From the human T2T-CHM13v2.0 reference genome, Homo sapiens: DNA of 64,000 nucleotides. The stretch's first letter is position 1; each line of letters opens with the position of its first letter. The notes below the pieces were generated by a model. It was given only the letters and a program-made list of their open reading frames with translations, made no database searches and was not told the DNA's origin. The position numbers were made by a program, and so were the translations under genes. The DNA is taken from assembly GCF_009914755.1 (NCBI RefSeq), contig NC_060937.1; one strand, 5' to 3'. Positions 43,675 through 55,148 of the stretch are shown piece by piece.

Positions 43675-44558
43675 TTTGTTTGGGGGTTTTTGCTTTTTTT
43701 AGACAGGGTCTCACTGTGTTGCCCAGGATGGAGTGCAGTGGTGCGATCATGGCTCACTGCAGCCTCTGCTTCCTGGACTCAAGTGGTCCTTCTACCGCAG
43801 CCTCCCAAGTAACTGGGATCACAGGCACATTCCACCACACCCAGCTAGTTTTTGTATTATTTTGGTAGAGGTGGTGTAAGGAACATGGAAGTGCTTTGGT
43901 CAAGGACAGGCTGAAGTAAACATCCAGAGTGACTCAGCGAGTCTAGAGTGCAGGTGTATAATTCCACTTGTTATCATAGCCACATAGACATAACATAGAG
44001 AAGTTCACCACCATAGCCATAACATAGGGAAGGTTCATCACTTGGCTCTATGCCACTATTGCCTGTAAAATATATAACTGCCCTGTTAACACTGTGGAGG
44101 CACACTGGTACCCAGAGAAAGACAGAGAGCCAAAGCTGTCTGTCTTTGCAGACAGACAGAGGGGAGCCAGGACACAGCTTGGCCTGCTCGTGCCCAAAGA
44201 GAGTTTAGCTGCTCACCCTGAAGGCAAGGGAGAGTTGGCCGCACAGCTGTGTGTGTGGGCTGCCTGACTAAGCAGCCGAGACAGGGCGGAGAGAGCTGTT
44301 TATGAGAGCTGCTGCTGAATAAAATCATCTTTCACCTGCCTTTGGTTCCCCAAGGGTTCTTTCTGCTCATCTACCCACTCCCTTGAACCTCAGCATGGGC
44401 TGGAACCTGACCCTGGGCATGACATTTGGCATAGTCATGAAACTGACAGGGTTTCACTATGTTGCTCAGGCTGCTCTTGAACTCCTATACTCAAGCAGTC
44501 CACCCACCTCGGCCTCCAGAAGTGCTGGGATTATAGGCGCGAGCCACTGCGCCTGACC
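43675..44558 (-). mobile_element. AluJ-like element split by an LTR, 16-bp TSD
   Basis: Alu halves at 43675-43874 and 44449-44558; TSD tgtatgtttatctttt at 43659-43674 and 44559-44574. Confidence 0.9.
43875..44448 (+). mobile_element. Solo LTR, LTR18-like (ERVL class)
   Basis: TG...CA ends; tgtaaggaacatgg...gtgctttggtcaagg...agagtgactcagcgag; TATA-like tatataa and aataaa present; subfamily recalled from memory. Confidence 0.75.
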
Positions 44559-45289
44559 TGTATGTTTATCTTTTATCCTGGAATCTTACTGAGCTCATTT
44601 ATTTTATATATAGGATTTTGTATGTAGACAATGTTATCTGCAAATAGGGAGTTTTAATGTTCTAACTCTTCCTTTCCAATCTCTATTTTTTCTTTTTGCT
44701 TTTTATCCCATTAGCTACAATTTCCAGCACCATGTTAATTAACAGTGGTAAAAGCAGACATCTCTGCCTTGTTTTCCTATCAGAGGGAAGTAATTCAGTC
44801 ATTCATCATTAATGAACATGATCTGTAGCTTTTTTGTAGGTGCTTTTTATCAAGTTGAAGCAGTTACCCTCTAATTTCTAATTTCCTAAGAAGTTTTATC
44901 ATTTCTGTATCACAAACACTGAATTTTGTCAAGTGCTTCTTCTCTGATACAATCATGTGATTTACTTTTATTCAGCCTGATAATACAGTAGTCAATTCTA
45001 AAATATTAAACCAGATTTGTATCTCTGAAATAACCTTTATTTGGTCTTTAAAAAGTATTGCTAAATTCTACTTGCTAATATTTTGCTAAGGATTTTCACA
45101 CCTATATTCATAAGGATATTGGCCTGTAGTTTCTACCGTTGTGCTGTCTCTGCTTTTGGTAACAGAATAATTCTAGCTTCATAAAATGAAGTATTCTCTC
45201 CTTTTCTATTTTCTGGAAGAGATTGTATAGAATTAGTGTTAATTCTTCTTTAAATATTTGGTAGAATTCTCCAGTAATTCTTCCATCCC

Positions 45290-45375
45290 CAGACACTCTG
45301 ATGTTATTAGCATGTAGCATGACCCAGGCATTGGGATTTTAAAAATCTCCCCAGGTGATTACACTATGCAGTGTG
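45290..45375. mobile_element. MER5-like hAT fragment
   Basis: gacccaggcattgggattttaaaaatctccccaggtgattacactatgcag. Confidence 0.55.
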
Positions 45376-45965
45376 AATTTCTTAACATTTCCAATTAAAA
45401 AGTACTGGAAATTTGTCAAGTCTGAAGTCATAGATAACAACCTTTAAAAACTGGTTTGAAATGTTCTTGACATTATGAATATTCACCTGTATTTCCAGAC
45501 AAATTTGATTTATATATCTTTGGGATAAATAAAAAACATTTTAACATTAAAAGTTCAAAAATGTCAGACTTCAAAGGCTTTTTTGTCACCTGTACTTTTT
45601 CTTCTTAAAAATCAGAAGTACGAAATGGTCTTTTCATTAACCTATGTCCTAAATTCAAAATCCCCCAAACAAATACACTGCATACTAGATAATCAGTTTC
45701 ATGATTCAGAGCATCGAATATAAAATGTACTACTGCTTCAATAATACACATCTTAGATTTATAAAGTGAAACAAAGACTGAGAATTTAAGAAAACTGTCA
45801 TAGTATTGCAAACCCTTGAATATTGAAAGTAATGTCATATGCGTACAAAATGTTCCCATTTCCATTTGAATAAAAACACGGCCACTATATGAATAGCTAA
45901 CGAAAATATTCATGGTTTACAAGAAATTTTCTTTCCAATGAAATGAATTAAGCTTTCAAAAATGA

Positions 45966-46280
45966 ACCGGACACCGCCGCTTACGCCTGTAATCCCAGCA
46001 CTTTGGGAAGCTGAGGCAGGCGGATTACGTGAGCTGGAGTTTAAGACCAGCCTGGGCAATATGGCAAACCGTCTCTACGACAAATATAAAAATGAGACAG
46101 GAGTGCTGTTGCATGCATATAGTCCCAGCTACTTGAGAAGCCAAGACAGGATTGCCTGAGCCCAGGGAGGTCAAGGTTGCAGCAAGCCAAGATCAAGCCA
46201 CTGCACTCGAACCTGGGCTACAGAATGACATCCCGCCTCAAAAGAAAAAAAAGGAATAAAAAAAAAAGCCTTTTCTGTTT
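45966..46280 (+). mobile_element. Diverged Alu (AluJ-like)
   Basis: gcttacgcctgtaatcccagcactttggg...A-rich tail. Confidence 0.88.
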
Positions 46281-48089
46281 ATGACCAAAAAAAAAAAAAA
46301 GATGGAAAAACTATTTTCCCATTATCTAGTTTTATTGTCATAGGCCAATTGATGCTTTATTTGTATCAGTATGAACTTCATGGGGAAAACATAAAAATTG
46401 CTTTTCTGGAGAAAAGGCGTTTGGAGTGTTGATTAAAAATATGGGGACGTTTTTATGAGTTTTTATTTGGCGGCTCTGTGAATTCTCATAGTATAGTATG
46501 AAAAATGAAAATTCCAGTCCAGATTCTGACACTTATTTTACCTTATTTAATAAAAATAATCTCCCATACCTTTCAATAGAGACTCATGATGAGACTATGG
46601 AGTTTCTTGAAAACTTATAAAACATCTGTAGTTTCAAGAAAAAAAAATCTGCTATGGTATACAAAATCCTGGCAATTACATATTGTGGAAAATATCCATA
46701 AGAGTGTCACTACTGCAGCAGAGCTTAACTACTGTATTAGGCATAATTTGGTTTCTGTTATGAATATGGAATAAATTCAGTTAAGTTCTAACGTATTTCA
46801 GAGAAAATAACAGGCTGTTCACAAAGCACAATTATTACTTATTTATACATATCTGCTTTGTAAAAGAAAATTCAAAATGTATCACGAGTTTTAAAAACTA
46901 TATATACTGACCAGGAAGTTCTGAGAATATATCATGAATAATTAAAGGCATGATGTTCACAGCATTGTTTATACTAAAAAGTGGAAAGGTTAAGTTCCCA
47001 AAATGAGAATTGATTCATTACATTGATTCATCTTCAAATAATGGAGGGACCATTAAAAATAGTATCAATATCATAAGGGAAAAAAGGTTACAAGGCAGTA
47101 AAAATTATACAATTCCATTTTTAAAATGTCTAGAGATCATTTATAAATGACAGGCTATCACAGTACCTCCACGCTTTTAAAAATTTTTAGCTTCTCCGCA
47201 ATATTACATGATGAAAAAGATTAAAGGAAAAATTCCTTCATTGTGCAGAAACACTTTTCAGATAAGTGAAGGCTGACAACATGCTTAATCTGCAAATACT
47301 CCACGGGGGCTGGCCATACATGTTTGTGTGCCTATACACAAACATATAACTTTTTAAAATAATTGTACCATTATTAACCAAAGTCCTCTACTTTGCTAGA
47401 TCTTTTAACTAGATTTTTATCAAAATTTGTGTATCTGTAGATGAGAATGTATTTTCTTGCAGAAGCAGTGTCACGTTACCATGTTAGATGACAGAAGATA
47501 CATATGCGATGAAAATCGAAATAATTCAAATTCATCATTCAATAAAACTATTAAATAAGAAATGAACATGCTGAATGCTGGAAAAGCAGGCCAAATCAGA
47601 TTGGGGGAAAAAATGGCTCAGATGAACTGTGGAAATTACAGAAGTTCTGAAAACTTTCAACGGCTTTGCAAATTGACACTATAAGCACTTTGTGTCCAAT
47701 TTCACTTCAGAAACTACGGCATTCCTTCTTTAACATCAGAATAGTATTTTTATTCTTATCACTTATGATAAAGAGAATTTTTTGGCTGCCAAGCAGAATA
47801 AAGAGAAAAACTTCCAAGCAGGAAAGGAGTCAGGAATTTGGGGGAAGGATCATGAGGATTTATGTATCTGTGAAAGGAGGAGACATAAAGCCAGTGACAT
47901 ACTGGTGCCAAGATTGACTTAATACAACTGAAAATGGAGGGTAAAGAGGGGAAGAGGAAATGTGGAGTCATTTCTTCGTATAAACATTTTCAGAATTCTC
48001 AATTATGTAATGCCTAATGAATGCAATTTTTTTCTAGTATAAATTAACTGATGTAAGATGTAGGACAATTTTAAAACGTTAACAACTGT

Positions 48090-51000
48090 TTTTAGTAAGA
48101 CTTTTATTTTAAAAATTTTCAAAATATAAAAATAATAAACAATATGGATTTAACAAAACATAATTCAACTATAAATAATAAAAATGTTGACAACCCCACA
48201 TAAACATTTAACACTATAAACATTCTAAGCATACAAGAGTAGTATTCTAGTTCAAGTTTTATCTTTTTTCAGTTCAAGTTTTATTATTACTTTAAAAAAA
48301 TAAACAAAAAAGCTGCTACAGCTTAACCAATTGCTTTCGCTCCACTCAAAGAGCAGGGAAATTTTTTCCCCATGCCAACACACATTCATGAAATGGGATA
48401 CTTATGGGCACAGGTATTTAAAACTGGAACAATCCAGTCTCCAGACAAGAAGACTCCTTTGGTGTTTTTCAATTCAACAGTCCACCGAAATTGAGTTTAA
48501 ATAAACCACTTATTAGAAGAAATCTTGTGCCAGACAATATGTTCTGAAGTAGCATCATACCCAAAACAGGTTTAGCCTTCTGAGAATGAAAAGCAGGCAT
48601 CCATGAATGCTTTGCTGATACTTAAAACATTCTATCATATGAACATTCATTAAGGTGCTGGAAGGAAATCTTGGGACAAAACAAAAAAATTGACACATCA
48701 ATGCAAAAACCTACAATGCAATAATACTTCTCTTTACAACTCACCAAATGTTCCGTAAATATTTAAGAATCACTATGCCTCCTGTTGAGTGACAGACATG
48801 GAAATTTAAAGCAAAGCAGGATTACATATTTTAGTATTAGAAAAGTTTTTCATTTGAAATAAGGGAAAACAGCCATGCTGAATGAGTTTTTGGATTCTAG
48901 CCAAATTAACTGCCTTCCTCTTAACAAAACAATTTTCTTTTTGGGAAGCTGGGCACAAATAAGTGTAAGGGCATTCTGCATCATATTCTTAAATTATGAT
49001 GTGTTTCTAATGGGCTGGGCTCTCTGACTCAGCACAGACCACTTTTATAAGTATGCTGCTACATTATAATAAATCACAAGGAATCAGATTAAAACCTAGC
49101 AAAGTCTGAACAATGGGTTCAAAAATGATACTGAAAGGTTTTATAGCACCAATGACTTTTTCCTAAGACACTTGAGGGGCCTGTATCATTTTAAAGTATG
49201 ATTTATCTTGTAAACAAGACCAAAAATATTCAGTTGATCTGTATTTTGAGCATAAATATTTATAAACTCTATTAAAAAAACAAATATAGCATGACTAGAG
49301 CAGCTTAATAGTGTAAAATCTAAGTATTGAAAAATATAGATATATAAAAGGCTTTCACTATGCAATCATGCAGAGGAAACTGCTTCATTCAATTACACAA
49401 AAGTGATTCTGTACAGTTATCTACAATAGCTCCATGAGAATCCTATTTAGGAAAATAAAATAATGAAAACCTTATCTCTAATCAACACGGGGATTTTAAA
49501 TATGTAACTGACTAGATCTCAAAGCAATTTTTAAAAAGCGCAGTGATCTTAGTGAGAATCAAGTCATCTTGAATTCTGATTCTCAATGGTATCTTCAATT
49601 TTGTTTTGCTTTGAATTTTAAAAGCAAAAAACGAAAAATCAAACCAAACCAAATAAAAACTCCAGGATGACAAAGTTGCAGGTAGTGGCATGTAGTCCAT
49701 ATCCATTAAACAATCAACACTGTTAACACCAAGTTTAGTGTCTTCAGACAATGGTCTTTACCCTAGCAGTAAACCAGTGTAGTAGGGGCAGAAAATTCTT
49801 TGTTTACAATTAAAAATACTCAACTAATTTGGGGAAATATTTATGAACACCCTGTGGCTAGTTTGTAAATGTGAACCAAAAGTCTAACAACAACAACAAA
49901 AAAAGGCCTTGTAAACTACTAGGTCTTTAAAATATTAGAAGACTTTCCAAATTATGTATTTTTAACCAAGCCTAGAATTAACCATGCTGTATCCAACCAA
50001 TGTGGATCAAAACAGTTAATTTACATTATGACTGATGTGTTTATTACATTCTTTTTACTCTTCATGACAAATGCAATGCATACTCAAGGGGAAAAAAAGT
50101 TTGCAGAATGTTAAGCTTTGCACCAAAAAAAAAAAAAAAGTGATAAAGGTAGTATGGCTGGATAAAAATAAAACAAGGGTGAATAAAAATCAGTGTCAAT
50201 TGGACTTTTCTAATATAGTTACTACCAAGTATAGCTTCCAACTTTTTAAATGCCTCCTGAGAATCTATGAAGGAATACTCAGAAACTAAGTGCAAACATT
50301 TCTTATAGTCCCATTATAAAAAAGATATTGTGGCTACATATTTAGGATGAGATTTAATCAGATTCTTTATAAGTAATTCTAAGCCATATTAAGTCATACT
50401 GCTTATAAATAATTTGGACATACACTTCTTAAAATGGTTAAAAACTAGTCTTTACCAATGTTAGGCACACAACACTATTTCCTCTTGCTTTAAAGGTCGT
50501 CTTCGATGTCTTGATTGAAAGTCAAAAAAATGTGAAAAAATTATGTTAAGACATATAATTTTTAAAATATTTATAATCCACAGATCATCATTTGTCACTT
50601 GGAAGAAAATTATTTTCTTTGTTGGCTTTGAAGGGCTAAGAATTTTTAAAAAAATATTTGGGTAAATGACCTTGGCAACATCAGAAAGTATATTCAGAAG
50701 AAATGCACAAGCTATTACAGTACATAAAAAAGTACTTTATCATCTATTCAAAATTATTTTCAGTGGCTATCCTACTCCCAGAAATATATCTTAAGATCCC
50801 CCCAAAATTAAAACCAAACTCATGTTTAACTTTTTAATTCATTTTCATTTTAAATTGCTCATGCTAATGAACACAGTAGTATGGCTTTACAGATTTCCTA
50901 GACACAATCCTCAATTTGGCTCAGACTTGAATATACGTCATCCAAGAGAACTTTTTCGTTCCTTCTTAAGGTGTTTAAAAAATAAATGGCTATAAAGTAT

Positions 51001-51219
51001 GGGGAGAAAACATTTAAGAATAAGGTCAGAGCACACATTCAGATACACTTTGGACTCAGATGTACTCTTAGAGAACTGTAGAGATAAAATGCTAATTATA
51101 GTACATGTAAACATCTGTTCAAATTGATAAAGAGTGAACATAAAATAATAGGATGATATTATTGTAACAGTCGTCTCCAGACAGGAACTGGTCTTGCTCT
51201 TGCAGTCACAAAGCTAAAT
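48090..51219 (-). other. RBM26: Candidate 3'UTR of a distal alternative last exon of RBM26
   Basis: About 3.1 kb, AU-rich, no transposon recognised, lying between a strong acceptor (51244-51245) and AATAAA signals (plus-strand tttatt at 50040-50045, 48279-48284, 48103-48108). Confidence 0.6.
48103..48108 (-). terminator. Candidate distal poly(A) signal AATAAA
   Basis: Plus-strand tttatt; followed on the minus strand by U/GU-rich cagttgttaacgtttt. Confidence 0.55.
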
Positions 51220-51243
51220 TCAGGCAATGATGATCTCTCTCTG
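51220..51243 (-). CDS. RBM26: Candidate alternative C-terminal coding segment of RBM26 (QREIIIA*)
   Basis: Minus strand tcttctctttttccag|CAG AGA GAG ATC ATC ATT GCC TGA; in frame with the phase-0 donor at 58591. Confidence 0.6.
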   Translation of the reverse strand, partial: QREIIIA

Positions 51244-52440
51244 CTGGAAAAAGAGAAGACTATTAAAAAAAACTTTGAAAATAGCAAATAAATCTAAAAC
51301 TTGAATCACATCATAAATTGACCTCCAACTTTTCTAAACATTAAAAAAGTCTATTTGAGAAAGAAATCAAAATCAAAGTTGCAGGAAAATTACACAAAGC
51401 TTTGGGCTAAAATGATTTTAACAAAACCTCTCTGCATCATGCTCCCTTCAAACATTAGGCTGCAAAAGATCACAGCATACAACATATCTATGGTCTAAAA
51501 TTTTCATTGCGAAAACTACTTAACTGATATGGAAAATTTTCACAGAGATGTGGGTAGGCAAAGAAATTTTAGGAAATCATGAACAAATTCCAAGATGTTG
51601 TAAATAAAAATGAAAACAGATACAATCTTCTTAAGGTTTCCCAAAGATTTCAAAGTAATTGCAAGATACATCTAATTTCCTTAAACTCCATATGATAATC
51701 ACTTCATTTGTTAATCACATTATATGAAGTAAAAGTATACTAAGCACAAAGGCCCACAGTAAAAATAAAAGGAATACATGGAAATCAGACAGTGCCTGGT
51801 ATACAAGGAGAGGCTAACTTTGGATGATGGGAAATGAGTAGATGGATGAAATAAACAGTGAGGGAGGATTTAGGAAGTAGCAAGTATAAAAAGTGGATAC
51901 GAAAAAAGTAGAATTTTAAAATGCTTTTAATTACATTAAGTAACAAGCACATAATATGGATAAACTGCAAGAAAGTTATACCAAATTAGGTGTTTTTCTA
52001 CTAAGCAAGTTTGATGTTTTTCATTAGCAATTAATGGGAATGGCAGTCATGTTCACCAAAGTTTCTTTCCTAGGATTTTTAGGTAGCAACTTTGGAAGAT
52101 TATCTATTGTCATCTGACAGGTATATAATGATCAGAAAGGAAAATTTTAAAAACTGCTCTTCCCTAAAGGCCTGTATACATACCTTTGAGCAACTAGCCA
52201 GTTCAAGAAGTTAACAGGAACAAGGTAGTTCCTGAGATCTGGGAAAAGGAAATTTTCTTCTTGTCTTACAAATATTGTACACTAGAAATTTAATTCTGCA
52301 TTAAATTTCCATTTGTAATTTACAGTATTTTATAAGAACAAGAAAAGCCCCGAGAGAAAGACCAAAAAGTTAACTAAGCCAGAATTTCACGCAGGAAATT
52401 TTTGTTTTAAAAGGCTAATATAGACTTTTGTAAGTGGGGC

Positions 52441-52442
<2 letters not shown>

Positions 52443-52476
<34 letters not shown>
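52443..52476. repeat. (GT)17 microsatellite
   Basis: Seen directly. Confidence 0.97.
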
Positions 52477-52477
<1 letters not shown>

Positions 52478-53619
52478 GGGTGGAGCTTACAAAATTTATA
52501 TAAATTCTAGAAGAACTAAAACTAATTTTCTATCAGTCTACATTGTGTGTAAGGAGGGAAAAGAAAACATATTGATAAAGTTTGCTTCATACTCTAAAAT
52601 AGCCAGTGATATTTCAACATGCCAAATAAGCAACTGTTGCTTCCTTTTTGAACCCTTATAGCCAACAGTTAGTGTTCCAAGTAAGAGTGGATAAAGTCCC
52701 CCAAAATCAGTTCTAGTAAGAAGACATTTCTTTCAATTAAACTTAGCCACACTTTCTACAGGAAATCAGCTAAAACAGTGAAGTCCTGTCTTTAAACTAT
52801 TAGTTGTCACATTTAATCAAATCACAATAAAACAAAAGCTATGGAATACTCTCCCATTCCTGCAACATGTTTTCATCAAATGCTTGGGTATCAGTTAAAT
52901 ATAAAATTTAATTTGATTATGTTACAATTATCCAGTAACATTTAAAACAACACTGCTTAAGTAGAGACACAAAATATTGGGTGAAATAAGTAAAACGACA
53001 ACTCAACCATCCCTTGAAATAATCCTAATCAATCTTTTAACCAGTAATACACAACGTTCCTCAATTTTTTCCTGTAGGAAGAGGCGACCTACATTGCTGT
53101 CCTCAATCCTTTACCAACTCCCAACTCAGCCTGCAGCCCAGCTCTGTACTAAAGCAAAATAATCTGTTAGGAGAGCTGCAGAATTAAAAATGTGTTTCTA
53201 GTTTCAGGTAGCATATTGGTTTGTTTTTTTTTAAAAAAAGAGTAAACTGAGATGGAAAGGACAATTTAAATCCATACTGGTGAGAGAACTGACTCTATCT
53301 GCATTACTAGCAAGTACTTCTACTTTAAAACTCTGAATTTAGAAGGAAAATGAAAAGTTACAATTGGAAAAAGGAAGTGCTGGTGAATACAGAAGTTCAT
53401 CTCTATTTTATAGGCTGAATGTAATTTGTACTGGCAAATGCAAGCATGTAGGAACACTATACACAAAACTGTACCAAGAGGCATCATATAAATTACCATA
53501 ACCAAATCCAAGTTGTTTCCAATGATAAAATGATAGAAAACAACAACGATAACAGGGAGAACTGGCTTAGATATATTAAATTGTTTTGTATCAAACACTA
53601 ATATAGTACCAAGGAAACT

Positions 53620-53780
53620 ATAGATGTAAAAGGGACCTTAGAGATCATCTAGTCCAACTCTTTATTTTACAGACAAGGAAACAGCCCTGGATAAGGCAAG
53701 AGACTTGTCTAAGGCCACAGAGTTAGTTGCAGAATTGGGACCAAAAACTAAATCTCATATAAACCTTGTCTAGTATTCTA
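53620..53780 (-). mobile_element. MIR fragment
   Basis: gggaccttagagatcatctagtccaac...ttttacagacaaggaaac...gacttgtctaaggccacagagttagt. Confidence 0.7.
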
Positions 53781-54134
53781 AACTAGATCACCTTTGGATA
53801 TAAAAATTAGTGGGATGGACTAGACTGGTGGCTCTTAGCATTTCTAATCATATACACTGACAGAAACCAAAAGTGTATTTTACCTCTGAAACAGACAACA
53901 TTTATTAGTCCAAAATATTAATGCCTTACTAAATGTTGTGGAAATTCCACTAAGCCTACATATGTGTATACCTCCATCAGTACTTGTAACCCCACAAGTG
54001 ACAAACTCGAACTGTATCAATTGCTTAGCAAAATGCTCCCAGTGACTGAGGAGATCTTCAAGAGATTTTTGGAAAATTGATAAGAATTAACAAGGGAGGT
54101 ATTTGTCACTCTATGATTGGATATTTAAATATGC

Positions 54135-54340
54135 ATTCATTCATTCATTAATTCATCCAACAAACATTTGAGTGCCCACTATAAGCCTGGCTTTGTGATA
54201 AGCACTAAAGATAAAATGATGAATAAGACATGGTCCACCTTCCTAGAGGAGCTTGTAATCTAGTGGGGAAGACAGACATAAACCAGATAAATTATATTAC
54301 AATGTAAGTACTGTAACAGAGATATGAACAAAGTGCTGTA
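54135..54340 (-). mobile_element. L2 3' end
   Basis: cattcattcattcatt...caacaaacatttgagtgcccactat...aggagcttgtaatctagtggggaagacagaca. Confidence 0.75.
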
Positions 54341-54509
54341 TTAAAAGGGAGGGTATAAGTATGAACTGGCGAATGACCAAGTAGTCTGCTAATTTTGTGC
54401 AGTATCTTTGAGGCAAGAACTACCATATTTACTATAAACACAATCTCATGTTCCACTCCATCAATAATTAGGAAAGCAGCAGCATCAACGTAGAGTTAAA
54501 AAAAAAAAA

Positions 54510-54690
54510 AATTGGCACTGAAATCAGAATGCTTGCATTCAAATCTATTTTCACCCACTAGCTATGACTGGGCAAATCATTCCATCTCTATTAGCCTAAG
54601 TTTCCTTATCTGTAAAATGGAAATGAACAACTCCTTCCTAAGTTTTAAATGAAAACATATGAAAGTACATGTAGAGTGCTAGTATTTATA
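54510..54690 (+). mobile_element. MIR fragment
   Basis: gggcaaatcattccatctct...gcctaagtttccttatctgtaaaatgg. Confidence 0.7.
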
Positions 54691-55148
54691 AACAAGTAAA
54701 AAATTCAGTAGCAACTTAATACTAAGTAATATTTATAATTAAAATAATATTAATACTATGAATAATATAATTGTAAACCTAATTAATGTTGGTAAGATTT
54801 AATCTCCATTCTTTGGGATCACGCTGAAACATATTTGTCTTCTGATTCATTCAAAGCAACATGGCTTAAAACATTTTAAGTTCTAGGAAAACTGATTAGC
54901 TATTCATGGACTGAAATAAACAGAATATGTATTTTCAGTTACATTGTAAGGGAATTTTATAATTTTTGAAATATCAGGCTAAAACATACTAATCAAATTA
55001 TAAAGCCAAAAATCAGCATGGAGATTTAACTGGCCTTTGAAAGATTTACTTTCTTTGTAATACCTGTTTGGTGTAAAGAGAAGAAACGTGAGCCTCTGCC
55101 AATTTGGCACCTTTCACGACTACTAAAAAGAAAAGAAAACAAACTTAC

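Larger units (their letters stand above)
43375..45290 (-). mobile_element. Old L1 (L1M) fragments, interrupted by an Alu and an LTR
   Basis: 3'UTR-like agaaataacacagagagatccc; ORF2-like GEFYQIFKEELTLILYNLFQKIEKE on the minus strand at 45108-45290. Confidence 0.75.
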
